Notes under the pieces: model-generated | Told to the model about the DNA's origin: nothing | The model's input: only the letters and a program-made list of their open reading frames with translations | Database searches by the model: none | Translations under genes and position numbers: made by a program | Origin: an uncultured Dehalococcoidia bacterium | GTDB taxonomy: Bacteria; Chloroflexota; Dehalococcoidia; SM23-28-2; RBG-16-64-32 | Length of the DNA: 64,000 bases | Assembly: GCA_964558415.1 (NCBI GenBank) | Contig: CAZLDI010000007.1 | Location: 75,898 to 139,897, forward strand | Reading direction: 5' to 3' | Part shown: positions 45,795-57,458 of the stretch, one piece after another | How positions within the stretch are numbered: position 1 is the stretch's first letter | How the letters are laid out: each line of letters starts with the position of its first letter

Positions 45795-45827
45795 AGGCCG
45801 CAACGTCGACTCCCGCGATCGGGTAGT

Positions 45828-45910
45828 CTGACCCACGACCCCACGCCGCCCAGATTATTCGCGAAGATACGGCTCGCCGCGATCGGGGCGTGTCGCCGCT
45901 CAGAATGACA
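45828..45910 (+). repeat. REP-like dispersed repeat copy
   Basis: GACCCACGACCCCACGCCGCCCAGATTATTCGCGAAG...CGCCGCTCAGAATGACA. Confidence 0.7.
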
Positions 45911-45944
45911 TCGAGGCGACCGTTCAGTCGCCCGGAGGTGGCGC

Positions 45945-46181
45945 CTACTCCCCGAGGGTGACCAGGCTGGTCGTGCTCTGGACGCCGTCGATGGTGCGGA
46001 TGCGCTCGCCGAGGATGGGGGGGATGTCCTGGAGGGTGTCGACCTCCAGTTCGATGACGAAGTCGTAGGGACCCATCACCTCGTGCATCTCGACGATCTG
46101 GGGGATTTTCACGATCTCTTCGTGAACGTGTTTGGTCTTGCCGGGGTCGGAAACTACGAGCACGTATGCCTTGATCGCCAT
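45945..46181 (-). CDS. Lrp/AsnC ligand-binding (RAM) domain protein, stand-alone
   Basis: 78 aa; MAIKAYVLVV...HEVMGPYDFVIEL. Confidence 0.7.
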   Translation of the reverse strand: MAIKAYVLVVSDPGKTKHVHEEIVKIPQIVEMHEVMGPYDFVIELEVDTLQDIPPILGERIRTIDGVQSTTSLVTLGE

Positions 46182-46300
46182 CGAGTGTCGCTCCTCCTGG
46201 TATGCGGGATGCGCCGGACCGCAGCTCCGGGGCGGAAGATGGCGTAAGTATACAGTGGATGATGGGTGGTTGTCAGTGGTCAGCCAGTAGTGGATAGTGG

Positions 46301-49081
<2,781 letters not shown>

Positions 49082-49111
49082 GGATCCCTTCGCGTCGCTT
49101 ATGAACAACCC

Positions 49112-49636
49112 ATGCGACTTGATTTCTCCGGCGCACCAGCGAAGGCATTCAAGCAGGTCTGGATAATCCATGGGCTGATGGCCGGCGGCGTGCTAGTTTG
49201 CGCGGTCGCGGGGGAAACTGTGATAAGGGTGGACCCAGAGTTTGAGCGTCGAGGGGGATACACCGCGTTCGGTGATGTAGCCTGGGCGGTTCGCGCTGCT
49301 GCATTGCTCTTTCTGGTGCAGATGGCTCTTCTACTACTACTAACGCCGGAGCGGTGGGTGCTCCGCAAGGTGATGGAACTCCGTCCACAGAACATCGACC
49401 TGGCCGTGACCCGCACTCTCACAAGCGTTCAAGTTGTGAGAAGCGCTCAGGGTCCCGTGGTTGCGACCTTTGGTGTCCTCCTGTTCTTCGGGAGTGCCGA
49501 TAGATCCGACATATACGTCAGCGCCGTTTTCGCGCTGAACCTGCTATTCTTTTGGCGCCCCACACGCAGCCAATGGGAGAGTTTCTTCCACCGGGCGGCA
49601 ACTCAATATGAGGGAGTCTCGGCTCGGCCCTGGTAA
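49112..49636 (+). CDS. hypothetical membrane protein (4 TM helices)
   Basis: Hydrophobic helices. No family recognised. Confidence 0.45.
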   Translation: MRLDFSGAPAKAFKQVWIIHGLMAGGVLVCAVAGETVIRVDPEFERRGGYTAFGDVAWAVRAAALLFLVQMALLLLLTPERWVLRKVMELRPQNIDLAVTRTLTSVQVVRSAQGPVVATFGVLLFFGSADRSDIYVSAVFALNLLFFWRPTRSQWESFFHRAATQYEGVSARPW

Positions 49637-49746
49637 GGTGCGGTGATCCAAGTGCATGCCCAATGCCCGCCCACCGCGTGAAATTCGCCGTCACCTATGC
49701 GTCGCTGCTAGAATACAGCCGTCGTGCCTTCCGGAGCAGGTGGAAC

Positions 49747-50961
49747 ATGGGATCTAATCAGGCCATAGAGCGCGCGAAGGAGCACTTCGCGCATGTAGTC
49801 GCCGGACAGCTGGCGCGGGTGGAGCGGATGAAGGCGGCGGAGGACTGGACGGACTACGGGTCGCTGAAGCCGATCATTCTCGGCGTCTGCGGGGGCGACG
49901 GGATCGGGCCGTACATCACCGCGGAGGCGCGGCGGGTGCTGGCGTTCCTGCTGGCGCCGGAGGTGGAGAGCGGGAAGGTGGTCTTCCGCACGATCGAGGG
50001 GCTGACGATCGAGAACCGCGCGCAGCAAAACACGGCGATACCGGACGACGTGCTGGCCGAGCTGAAGAAGTGCCATGTCATCCTGAAGGGCCCGACGACG
50101 ACGCCGCGCGCGGGGGACCAGTGGGCGAACATCGAGAGCGCGAACGTGGCGATGCGGCGGGAGCTGGACTTGTTCGCGAACGTGCGGCCGGTGCGTGTGC
50201 CTGAGCAGGGGATCGACTGGATCTTCTTCCGCGAGAATACGGAAGGGGCGTACATCCTGGGCAGCCACGGGGTGAATGTGACGGAGGACCTGGCGATCGA
50301 CTTCACGGCCGTGACGACGCAGGGGAGCGAGCGGATCATCAAGCTGGCGTTCGATCACGCGAGCCGCAACGGGATCAACAAGGTGACGGTGGTGACGAAG
50401 GCGAACGTGGTGAAGACGACGGACGGGAAGTTTCTGGACACGGCGCGGAGGATCTCGAAGGATTACCCGGAGGTGGTCTGGGACGACTGGTACATCGACA
50501 TCATGACGGCGAAGCTGGTGGACCCGAAGCGGCGGACGGAGTTCAAGGTCGTCGTGCTGCCCAACCTTTACGGCGACATCCTGACGGACGAAGCGGCGGA
50601 GTTCCAGGGGGGCGTGGGGACCGCGGGCAGCGCGAACATCGGCAAGCGGTATGCGATGTTCGAGGCGATCCACGGCAGCGCGCCGCGCATGGTGGACGAG
50701 GGACGCGCGGACTACGCCGACCCGAGCAGCATGATCCGGGCGGCGGCGATGCTGCTGAACCACACCGGTTTTGCGGACCGGGGCAAGCGGCTGGAGATGG
50801 CGCTGGACGTGTGCGGGAACCTGGAGAAGCGGCTGGTCGTGACCGGACGGCCGACGGGGGCGAAGGGGTCGGAGTTTGCCGATTACATCATGGAGACGCT
50901 GCAGGACTCGGGGCTGGAGGAGAAGTGGCGGGGGTACCAGGATGGAGGAAGTAGGAAGTAG
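49747..50961 (+). CDS. icd: isocitrate dehydrogenase (isocitrate/isopropylmalate dehydrogenase family)
   Basis: NLYGDILTD motif and the SANVAMRRELDLFANVRPV region. Genomic context with acnA and mdh. Confidence 0.75.
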   Translation: MGSNQAIERAKEHFAHVVAGQLARVERMKAAEDWTDYGSLKPIILGVCGGDGIGPYITAEARRVLAFLLAPEVESGKVVFRTIEGLTIENRAQQNTAIPDDVLAELKKCHVILKGPTTTPRAGDQWANIESANVAMRRELDLFANVRPVRVPEQGIDWIFFRENTEGAYILGSHGVNVTEDLAIDFTAVTTQGSERIIKLAFDHASRNGINKVTVVTKANVVKTTDGKFLDTARRISKDYPEVVWDDWYIDIMTAKLVDPKRRTEFKVVVLPNLYGDILTDEAAEFQGGVGTAGSANIGKRYAMFEAIHGSAPRMVDEGRADYADPSSMIRAAAMLLNHTGFADRGKRLEMALDVCGNLEKRLVVTGRPTGAKGSEFADYIMETLQDSGLEEKWRGYQDGGSRK

Positions 50962-51080
50962 GAAGAAGGAAGGTGGAGGTAGGAAGCCCGTGGGGCATAT
51001 CACCCTGGAGCGGGACGAGGGTCGCGGCTAACGGGGACGCTTCGACGTGTCCCGCCGGTTGTTGGAGACCGTGAGCTAAC

Positions 51081-51114
51081 CCGGACGGATTCTTCGCTGC
51101 GCTCAAGAATGACA
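51081..51114 (+). repeat. short REP-like copy immediately 5' of the mdh RBS
   Basis: CCGGACGGATTCTTCGCTGCGCTCAAGAATGACA. Confidence 0.5.
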
Positions 51115-51133
51115 GCAGAATGAGGAGGAATGA

Positions 51134-52066
51134 TTGCGAGCTAAAGTAACGGTAGTGGGCGCCGGGATGACCGGCGGGACGATGGCACAGAGGCTGGCGG
51201 AGACGGGGCATGTGGACGTGGTGCTGCAGGACATCATCGAGGGGTTGCCGCAGGGTAAGGCGCTTGACCTCGCCGAGGAGGCGGCGCACGCCGGGTTTAC
51301 GGCGAAGGTCACCGGCTCGAACGATTGGGCGGACACCAGAGGGTCGGACGTGGTAGTGATCACTTCGGGTGTGCCGCGCAAGCCGGGGATGACGCGGGAG
51401 GAGCTGCTGAACATCAACGCCGGGATCGTCGGCGGTGTCGCGAGGAGCGCGGCGAAGGCCTCGCCGAAGGCAGTGTTCATCATCTTCGCGAACCCTATGG
51501 ACGTGATGTGCCACGTCGCACTGGAAGCGAGCGGCTTTCCGGCAAACCGTGTGATCGGGCAGGGGGGGATGCTGGACAGCGCACGCTACCGGACGTTTAT
51601 CGCCTGGGCGGCGAAGGCGTCGGTGCAGGACGTGCACGCGCAGGTGCTGGGCGGACACACGGAAGCGACGATGGTGCCGATCGTGAGCACGGCGCACGTG
51701 GGCGGCGTGCCGCTGACGAAGCTGCTTTCGAAGAAGAAGATCGAGGGGGTGGTGCAGCGAGCGAAGAACGGCGGGGCGGAGATCGTCTCGTTGCTGAAGA
51801 CCGGGTCGGCGTTCTACGCGCCGGCGGCGGCGACGGTGGAGATGGTGGAGGCGGTGCTGCTGGACAAGAAGCGCATCCTCCCTTGCGCCACGCTGGCGGA
51901 CGGGCAGTACGGGATCCAGGGCGCGTATGTGGGGCTGCCGGTGAAGGTGGGGGCGAAGGGGATAGAAGCGGTGTACGAGCCGCCGCTGTGGGACAGCGAG
52001 ATCGCGGGGATCCGCGGGGCGGCGGAGTCGACGCGGGAGCTGGTGGGGCTGATCGAGAAGAAGTAG
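51134..52066 (+). CDS. mdh: malate dehydrogenase (LDH-like MDH)
   Basis: TTG start 6 nt after GAGGAGG. GVPRKPGMTREEL with Arg at the specificity position. Catalytic His in GGHTE. Confidence 0.9.
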   Translation: MRAKVTVVGAGMTGGTMAQRLAETGHVDVVLQDIIEGLPQGKALDLAEEAAHAGFTAKVTGSNDWADTRGSDVVVITSGVPRKPGMTREELLNINAGIVGGVARSAAKASPKAVFIIFANPMDVMCHVALEASGFPANRVIGQGGMLDSARYRTFIAWAAKASVQDVHAQVLGGHTEATMVPIVSTAHVGGVPLTKLLSKKKIEGVVQRAKNGGAEIVSLLKTGSAFYAPAAATVEMVEAVLLDKKRILPCATLADGQYGIQGAYVGLPVKVGAKGIEAVYEPPLWDSEIAGIRGAAESTRELVGLIEKK

Positions 52067-52092
52067 GCTCCACGAGAGGCAGGAGGTCACTG

Positions 52093-52875
52093 ATGCCTGA
52101 ATACGTGTTCGACAACGCCAGCGAACAGACTCCGACCCGGTTCTCCGCGCTCGAAGGGCTATTCGACGCCGGGACGTTCCGCCACATCGACTCGCTAGGG
52201 ATCGCGCCGGGATCGCGCTGCCTTGAGGTGGGAGGCGGCTCGGGGTCCGTGGCCAGGGGGCTGAGCGCGCGCGTCGGGGACCGCGGCCAGGTGGTGGTTA
52301 CCGACATCGACACCAGACACCTCACGGGAATGGATGAGCCAAACATCGAGGTCCGGCAACACGACATCGTTGCTGACGACCTGGAAGAGGACCACTATGA
52401 CGCGGCACACACGAGGCTGGTGTTGCTGCACATTCCAGAACGCGAGAGGGCCATCGAGCGGATCGTGAGGTCCCTGCGGCCGGGTGGATGGCTGCTTTTC
52501 GAAGAGTTCGACTCGCTGTCGATGCCGCCCGATCCAGAACTGAATCCCTCGGAGCACTTTCTGAAGACTCTAGGCGCTCTCTGGAAAGTGATGGCATCCG
52601 AGGGTGTGAACCTGCGCTTCGGCAGGCTCTTGCCAGGAATCCTGGAGAAGATGGGGTTGCGAGACGTCGGCGCCGAGGCGACGGCGTTCTTGTTCAAGGG
52701 AGCCTCGACCGGCGCTGCGGTGCTGCGCGCAAACTTCTTGCAGATGCGCGACAAGTTGATAGCCTCCGGATACATCACCGAAGGCGAATTCGAGGCCGAC
52801 CTTGCAAGGCTGGATGACCCCGGCGTGGAGTGGCCGTCCTGGGTGTTGTGGTCGGTCTGGGGCCGACGGTCATAG
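52093..52875 (+). CDS. class I SAM-dependent methyltransferase
   Basis: Motif I LEVGGGSG. RBS AGGAGG. Its stop codon is followed in frame by an mdh-tail copy. Confidence 0.8.
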   Translation: MPEYVFDNASEQTPTRFSALEGLFDAGTFRHIDSLGIAPGSRCLEVGGGSGSVARGLSARVGDRGQVVVTDIDTRHLTGMDEPNIEVRQHDIVADDLEEDHYDAAHTRLVLLHIPERERAIERIVRSLRPGGWLLFEEFDSLSMPPDPELNPSEHFLKTLGALWKVMASEGVNLRFGRLLPGILEKMGLRDVGAEATAFLFKGASTGAAVLRANFLQMRDKLIASGYITEGEFEADLARLDDPGVEWPSWVLWSVWGRRS

Positions 52876-52923
52876 GCGGCGGCGTCCACGCGGGAGCTGG
52901 TGGGGCTGATCGAGAAGAAGTAG
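52876..52923 (+). repeat. direct repeat of the mdh 3' tail (copy 2 of 3)
   Basis: GGCGGCGGCGTCCACGCGGGAGCTGGTGGGGCTGATCGAGAAGAAGTAG matches 52019-52066 with 2 mismatches. The last 39 nt are identical. Confidence 0.9.
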
Positions 52924-53050
52924 CGCTGGGGAGGCAGGCCGGGCGGGCGGCGCAGCGTGCTGCGCCCTCATTCTCACTACCCACCCATCCTTCGATACCC
53001 CGCCACAGAGGGGTGCAGGCTCTCAGCGTGAGCACAACGCGACCTCGCAC

Positions 53051-53067
53051 TGTAGAATAGCCGCATC
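53051..53067 (+). promoter_or_regulatory. extended -10 (TGTAGAAT) promoter giving a leaderless mRNA for the hydrolase-cyclase gene
   Basis: TGTAGAATAGCCGCATC-ATG. A 45-bp block spanning the promoter and the first 8 codons is near-identical at 54518-54560. Confidence 0.45.
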
Positions 53068-54393
53068 ATGGAACCTCAGGTCCGGTACGTCACAAGCTCA
53101 GACGGCACGAGGATCGCCACGTGGAGGCTCGGTAAGGGCACGCCGCTCATACTGGTACGTCCGATCTGGTCGCTCCCGACTGCGCTGCACTGGCTGAGTC
53201 CATCAGACCGAGGCCATCTGGAGCGGCTTGCGGGCAAGCGGACTGTCATCATGTACGACAACCGCGGACAGGGCCTCTCCGACCGCGAGGCGGGTGATCT
53301 CTCGCTTGAGGCGAGGACGGCCGATCTCGCTGCTGTGGTACAAAGCCTGGGAGTTCGTCCCTTCGATCTCATGGCAATGGCCAACTCAGCGCCGGTCGCG
53401 ATAGCGTACGCGGCCGACAATCCCGACAGGGTCCGCTGCCTCGTACTCAGCAGCGCCGCTGCGCGCGGCCGGGACATCAGGCTGTCACCACAGCGGCACG
53501 CTATTGCCCGGTTAGCGGAGGTTGACTGGGCGCTTTTCAACCGTGTTGGGGCGCTCATCTCATACGGCTTCACAGAGTTCGCTGAGTTGGTGGCGGAAAC
53601 GGGCGCAGCCAGCATCACGCCCGAAACATTCCTCCGGGCCACAAAAGCCGCCTGGCAGTTCGATGCAACCGGCGGTGTCTCTAAGGTGGCCTGTCCAACG
53701 CTGGTCCTCCATCAAGAGCGAGGCGAGGTCCCAATTGAAGTGTCGAGGCAGCTCGCCGCTTCGCTCCCGGACGGACGTCTGGTCGTCTATGATCAGCCAT
53801 TCTCATCCACGCTCGGGACGACTGAGACAGTCGACAACATCGAGGCGTTCCTGGACGAGGGCGACCCCGGCGCGGCGGCTCCCGCCGAAGCTCTCCCCTC
53901 GGGCACCGCCATCATCCTGTTCACGGACATCGCAGACTCCACGGCGCTAACGGAGAAGATGGGTGACGCGGCGTTCCGCGAGACGGCACACGACCTCGAC
54001 GAACGCATGCGGTCAGCCATCCGCGAGGCGGGCGGCAAGCCCGTCGAGGGCAAGGTGCTCGGCGACGGGGTCATGGCGCTGTTCACGTCGGCAGCGCAGG
54101 CGATAGAGGCGGCGGTTCGCTGCCGAGACGCTGGTAGTCACAGCGAGATGCCGATACACGTCGGGGTACACGCTGGCGATGTGATCAGGGATGGGAACAC
54201 AGTTTACGGGGGCGCCGTCAACGTGGCGTCTCGCGTGTGCGGTCTCTCAGCCACAGGCGAAGTGCTGGTCTCCGAGACTGTGCGTTCGCTGGCGCGCACC
54301 TCCGCTGGCGTGCGGTTCGAGGACCGCGGTGAGCACGAGCTGAAGGGGGTGGGGGAGGCGGTACGGGTGTGGGCGGTGGTGCAGAACCAGTGA
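53068..54393 (+). CDS. alpha/beta-hydrolase domain fused to a class III adenylate/guanylate cyclase (LipJ/Rv1900c-like)
   Basis: N-terminal alpha/beta-hydrolase fold, ~270 aa. C-terminal cyclase homology domain with metal-binding Asp residues (ILFTDIADST, LGDGVMALF) and NVASRV. Confidence 0.85.
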   Translation: MEPQVRYVTSSDGTRIATWRLGKGTPLILVRPIWSLPTALHWLSPSDRGHLERLAGKRTVIMYDNRGQGLSDREAGDLSLEARTADLAAVVQSLGVRPFDLMAMANSAPVAIAYAADNPDRVRCLVLSSAAARGRDIRLSPQRHAIARLAEVDWALFNRVGALISYGFTEFAELVAETGAASITPETFLRATKAAWQFDATGGVSKVACPTLVLHQERGEVPIEVSRQLAASLPDGRLVVYDQPFSSTLGTTETVDNIEAFLDEGDPGAAAPAEALPSGTAIILFTDIADSTALTEKMGDAAFRETAHDLDERMRSAIREAGGKPVEGKVLGDGVMALFTSAAQAIEAAVRCRDAGSHSEMPIHVGVHAGDVIRDGNTVYGGAVNVASRVCGLSATGEVLVSETVRSLARTSAGVRFEDRGEHELKGVGEAVRVWAVVQNQ

Positions 54394-54462
54394 TAGACCC
54401 ACAGATTAGGTACGATCGGAGCGCCGATGGGGATGAGGTCGCGGAAATCTTGAAGGCGAATC

Positions 54463-54499
54463 CACGCGGGAGCTGGTGGGGCTGATCGAGAAGAAGTAG
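54463..54499 (+). repeat. direct repeat of the mdh 3' tail (copy 3 of 3)
   Basis: TCCACGCGGGAGCTGGTGGGGCTGATCGAGAAGAAGTAG is identical to the last 39 nt of mdh. Confidence 0.9.
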
Positions 54500-54517
54500 G
54501 CGGTCGCGCTGCCACGC

Positions 54518-54534
54518 TGTAGAATAGCCGCAAC
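54518..54534 (+). promoter_or_regulatory. extended -10 (TGTAGAAT) leaderless promoter, paralogous copy
   Basis: Identical to 53051-53067. Confidence 0.45.
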
Positions 54535-55869
54535 ATGGAACCTCAGGTCCGGTACGTCACCAGTGCCGACGGGACGAAGATTGCCACGTGGCGGATCGGT
54601 AAGGGCACGCCCCTCATTCTCATCGGTTCCATTTGGGCAACGCCGGCTGAGCTTCAGTGGATGGTCGCACGGGACCGGACCCATCTTGAGCGGCTCGCGA
54701 ATAACCGCATGGTCGTCCTGTACGACCAGCGCGGACAGGGCCTATCCGACCGCGATGTGGACGACTTTTCTCTCGCCGCCAGGGTGAGCGATCTGGCGGC
54801 CGTCTTACAAAGTCTGCAGGCACCATCGGTCGATGTCGTGGCGGCGACCAATTCCGCCCCGGTAGCCATCACCTACGCCGCTGACCACCCGGAACGAGTC
54901 CGTCGACTCATCCTCACCAGCGCTGCCGCCCGCAATCGCGACATCCGACTCACACCCCAGCGTCACGCCATCGCGAGACTGGCTGAGGTCGACTGGTTGT
55001 TGTTCAACCAGGTCCACGCGTTGATTACTCACGGGTTCACAGAGTTCTCCGGACTGATCGCCGAGACTTCGGCGGCGAGCATCACCCCGGAGAAATTCGC
55101 AGCCGCGATGAGCGCTGCCTGGCAGTTCGACGCGACCGATAATCTCTCCCGGGTGACGTGTCCAACACTGGTGCTGCACCTGTGGAGTGAAGCTCCGATC
55201 GAGCTCTCGAAGCAGCTTGCAGCCACTATCCCGGACGCCCAACTGGTGGTCTTCCAGCAGCCGTACGGCACAACCCTTGGCCTACTGGAGACGATCGAAA
55301 ACATAGAGGCGTTCCTGGACGAGGATGATGTCCCGGCAACGCAGAGCGTCGAGACCACCCTCCCCTCCGGCATGACGGCGATCCTGTTCGCCGACATCGT
55401 CGACTCCACGGCGCTCACCGAACGCCTCGGTGATGCCGCCTTCCGCGAGAAGGCGCGTGAGCTCGGGGCCTCGTTGCGGGGGCTGATCCGTGAGTGCGCA
55501 GGAATACCGGTCGAGGGGCCGACGCTAGGGGACGGCGTGCTGGCGGCCTTCACGTCGGCGCGAGAGGCAATCGAGGCGGCGCAGCGCTGCGGCAAGGCGG
55601 GCGGTAACGCCGGTTTGCCCCTGCACCTCGGCATCCACGCCGGCGATGTGACGCGTGAGAAGGATCCGGACGGGCGCGACAACGTCTACGGGGGCGCCGT
55701 CAACATCGCCTCGCGGATCAGCGCGCTGTCGGCGGCGGGGGAGGTGCTGGTGTCGGATGTCGTCCGAACGTTGGCGCGCACATCGGCGGGGGTGCGGTTC
55801 GAGGACCGCGGCGAGCAGACGCTTAAGGGCGTGGGGGAGGCGGTGCGGGTGTGGGCGGTAAGTGACTGA
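54535..55869 (+). CDS. alpha/beta-hydrolase domain fused to a class III adenylate/guanylate cyclase (second LipJ-like paralog)
   Basis: By eye ~65% identical to 53068-54393. The first 8 codons and the last 13 residues are identical. Confidence 0.85.
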   Translation: MEPQVRYVTSADGTKIATWRIGKGTPLILIGSIWATPAELQWMVARDRTHLERLANNRMVVLYDQRGQGLSDRDVDDFSLAARVSDLAAVLQSLQAPSVDVVAATNSAPVAITYAADHPERVRRLILTSAAARNRDIRLTPQRHAIARLAEVDWLLFNQVHALITHGFTEFSGLIAETSAASITPEKFAAAMSAAWQFDATDNLSRVTCPTLVLHLWSEAPIELSKQLAATIPDAQLVVFQQPYGTTLGLLETIENIEAFLDEDDVPATQSVETTLPSGMTAILFADIVDSTALTERLGDAAFREKARELGASLRGLIRECAGIPVEGPTLGDGVLAAFTSAREAIEAAQRCGKAGGNAGLPLHLGIHAGDVTREKDPDGRDNVYGGAVNIASRISALSAAGEVLVSDVVRTLARTSAGVRFEDRGEQTLKGVGEAVRVWAVSD

Positions 55870-55875
55870 GGTGAC

Positions 55876-56844
55876 GTGAGCAAGCACCGGCACAAGGTGT
55901 TCGCAGCGATGCGGGTGGCGGCACCCCATTTGGAGGCGCTTTCAGTGACGTGCGACGTCACGTGCTTCGAAGGTGCGGGGAGAATGACGGCGGCAGAGCT
56001 CGTTTCCTCCGCGGCGGGCGTCGATGGTTTGCTGTCACCTGCGAACCAGCCGATCCCGACCGAGCTGCTGCGAACGGCGGCGCGGCTGCGGGTGATCAGC
56101 AACTTCGGCGTGGGGTACGACAACGTGGACCTAGCGGTTGCTGCCGAGTGCGGCATCCTGGTGACGAACACGCCGGGGGTGCTGAGCGCCGCCGTCGCTG
56201 AGCTGACGCTGGGGCTCATGATCTCGCTCGCGCGGGGACTGCGCCAGGCTGAGCAGGTTGTGCGGGAGGGGCGCTGGGGAGCGCCCGGCGCGCTGCCGCT
56301 GGGCACAGACTTGAGGGGCAAGGCCCTCGGCATCGCCGGCTACGGGCGGATCGGGCGGGAGGTTGCCGGCCGGGCGGGCGCGTTCGGGATGCACGTGATC
56401 TTCTTCGATGCGCGGCCGGGGACCAGTGCCGCCGCTGGCCACCGGAGTGTCGACTCGCTGGCACAGTTGCTCGCGGAGGCGGATTTCGTGACGCTGCACA
56501 CGGACCTGAATGCGGGGTCGCGGCACCTGATCGGCGCGGACGAGTTAGGCTTGATGAAGCACACGGCTTATCTGATCAACACCTCTCGTGGAGCGATCGT
56601 TGACCAGGGGGCGCTCTACGAGGCGCTGAAGGGCGGCCGGATCGCGGGTGCGGCGCTCGACGTGCTGGAGCGCGAGCCGCCTGATCCGGCTGATCCGCTA
56701 CTTCAGCTCCCGAACGTGGTGGTGTTGCCGCATATCGGCTCGGCTACCGTCGAGACGAGGCGGGCGATGATGGAGCTGGCGATCGAGAACCTGCTGGCCT
56801 GCCTGGAGGGAAGGCCGTGCGAGAATATCGTCGCCGGAGGTTAG
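55876..56844 (+). CDS. D-isomer-specific 2-hydroxyacid dehydrogenase (glyoxylate/hydroxypyruvate reductase-like)
   Basis: GIAGYGRIGREVA NAD motif. Catalytic R...E...H. Confidence 0.85.
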   Translation: MSKHRHKVFAAMRVAAPHLEALSVTCDVTCFEGAGRMTAAELVSSAAGVDGLLSPANQPIPTELLRTAARLRVISNFGVGYDNVDLAVAAECGILVTNTPGVLSAAVAELTLGLMISLARGLRQAEQVVREGRWGAPGALPLGTDLRGKALGIAGYGRIGREVAGRAGAFGMHVIFFDARPGTSAAAGHRSVDSLAQLLAEADFVTLHTDLNAGSRHLIGADELGLMKHTAYLINTSRGAIVDQGALYEALKGGRIAGAALDVLEREPPDPADPLLQLPNVVVLPHIGSATVETRRAMMELAIENLLACLEGRPCENIVAGG

Positions 56845-56963
56845 CGCGAGTTAGAATGCCGGGGCAGGCGCGCGGGGGAAGTAGTCCTCGGGGTCCCGCC
56901 GTCGACCAGCCAGAGCCCGTGTAGGCACTGCAGCGAGCGCGGGAGTGAGAGCGAGGCCACGCG

Positions 56964-57428
56964 ATGTCCGAGTCACAGCAGGAAACGCAAGGGGGAGGTG
57001 GTCTCCACGGATTCCTGGAGGCGATCTACGGCCGCGTCTTCCGAGTGATCGCGACGCTTGGGCTGCCGCCGACGTTCGTCATTGTGCTTGAAACGCGAGG
57101 GCGCCGGTCTGGATTGACTCGCAGCACTGTGCTGATTACCGGGAGCCACCTGAGCGAGCGGTATCTTGTGTCGCTGCTGGGTGATGGCGCGGAGTGGCTG
57201 CGAAACGTCCGCGCGGCTGGCGGCGAAGCCGTGATCAGGCACGGGAGAAGGCAGGCGGTGAGTCTGGAAGAGGTGCCTGTAGAAGGACGGGCGGCGATCC
57301 TCAAGGCCTACTTGAAGTGGTCGCTGGGTGCGCGCGCGATTATCGAGGTGAGCCACAAGGCGCCGGTGGAAGAGTTCGAGCGAGTCGCTGCGGAGTATCC
57401 GGTGCTTCGTATAGCCAGTCGGTCCTAG
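56964..57428 (+). CDS. nitroreductase-family deazaflavin(F420)-dependent oxidoreductase (DDN/DUF385-like)
   Basis: ~150 aa; ...VLETRGRRSGLTRSTVL...YLKWS. Confidence 0.65.
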   Translation: MSESQQETQGGGGLHGFLEAIYGRVFRVIATLGLPPTFVIVLETRGRRSGLTRSTVLITGSHLSERYLVSLLGDGAEWLRNVRAAGGEAVIRHGRRQAVSLEEVPVEGRAAILKAYLKWSLGARAIIEVSHKAPVEEFERVAAEYPVLRIASRS

Positions 57429-57458
57429 ATTGCCAGCCGGTGCTATGATTCGATCGCG

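Noticed and set aside
51101-51136. ATG at 51130 as the mdh start
   Set aside because: It is out of frame and hits a stop immediately (ATG ATT GCG AGC TAA). The in-frame start is the TTG at 51134, 6 nt after GAGGAGG.
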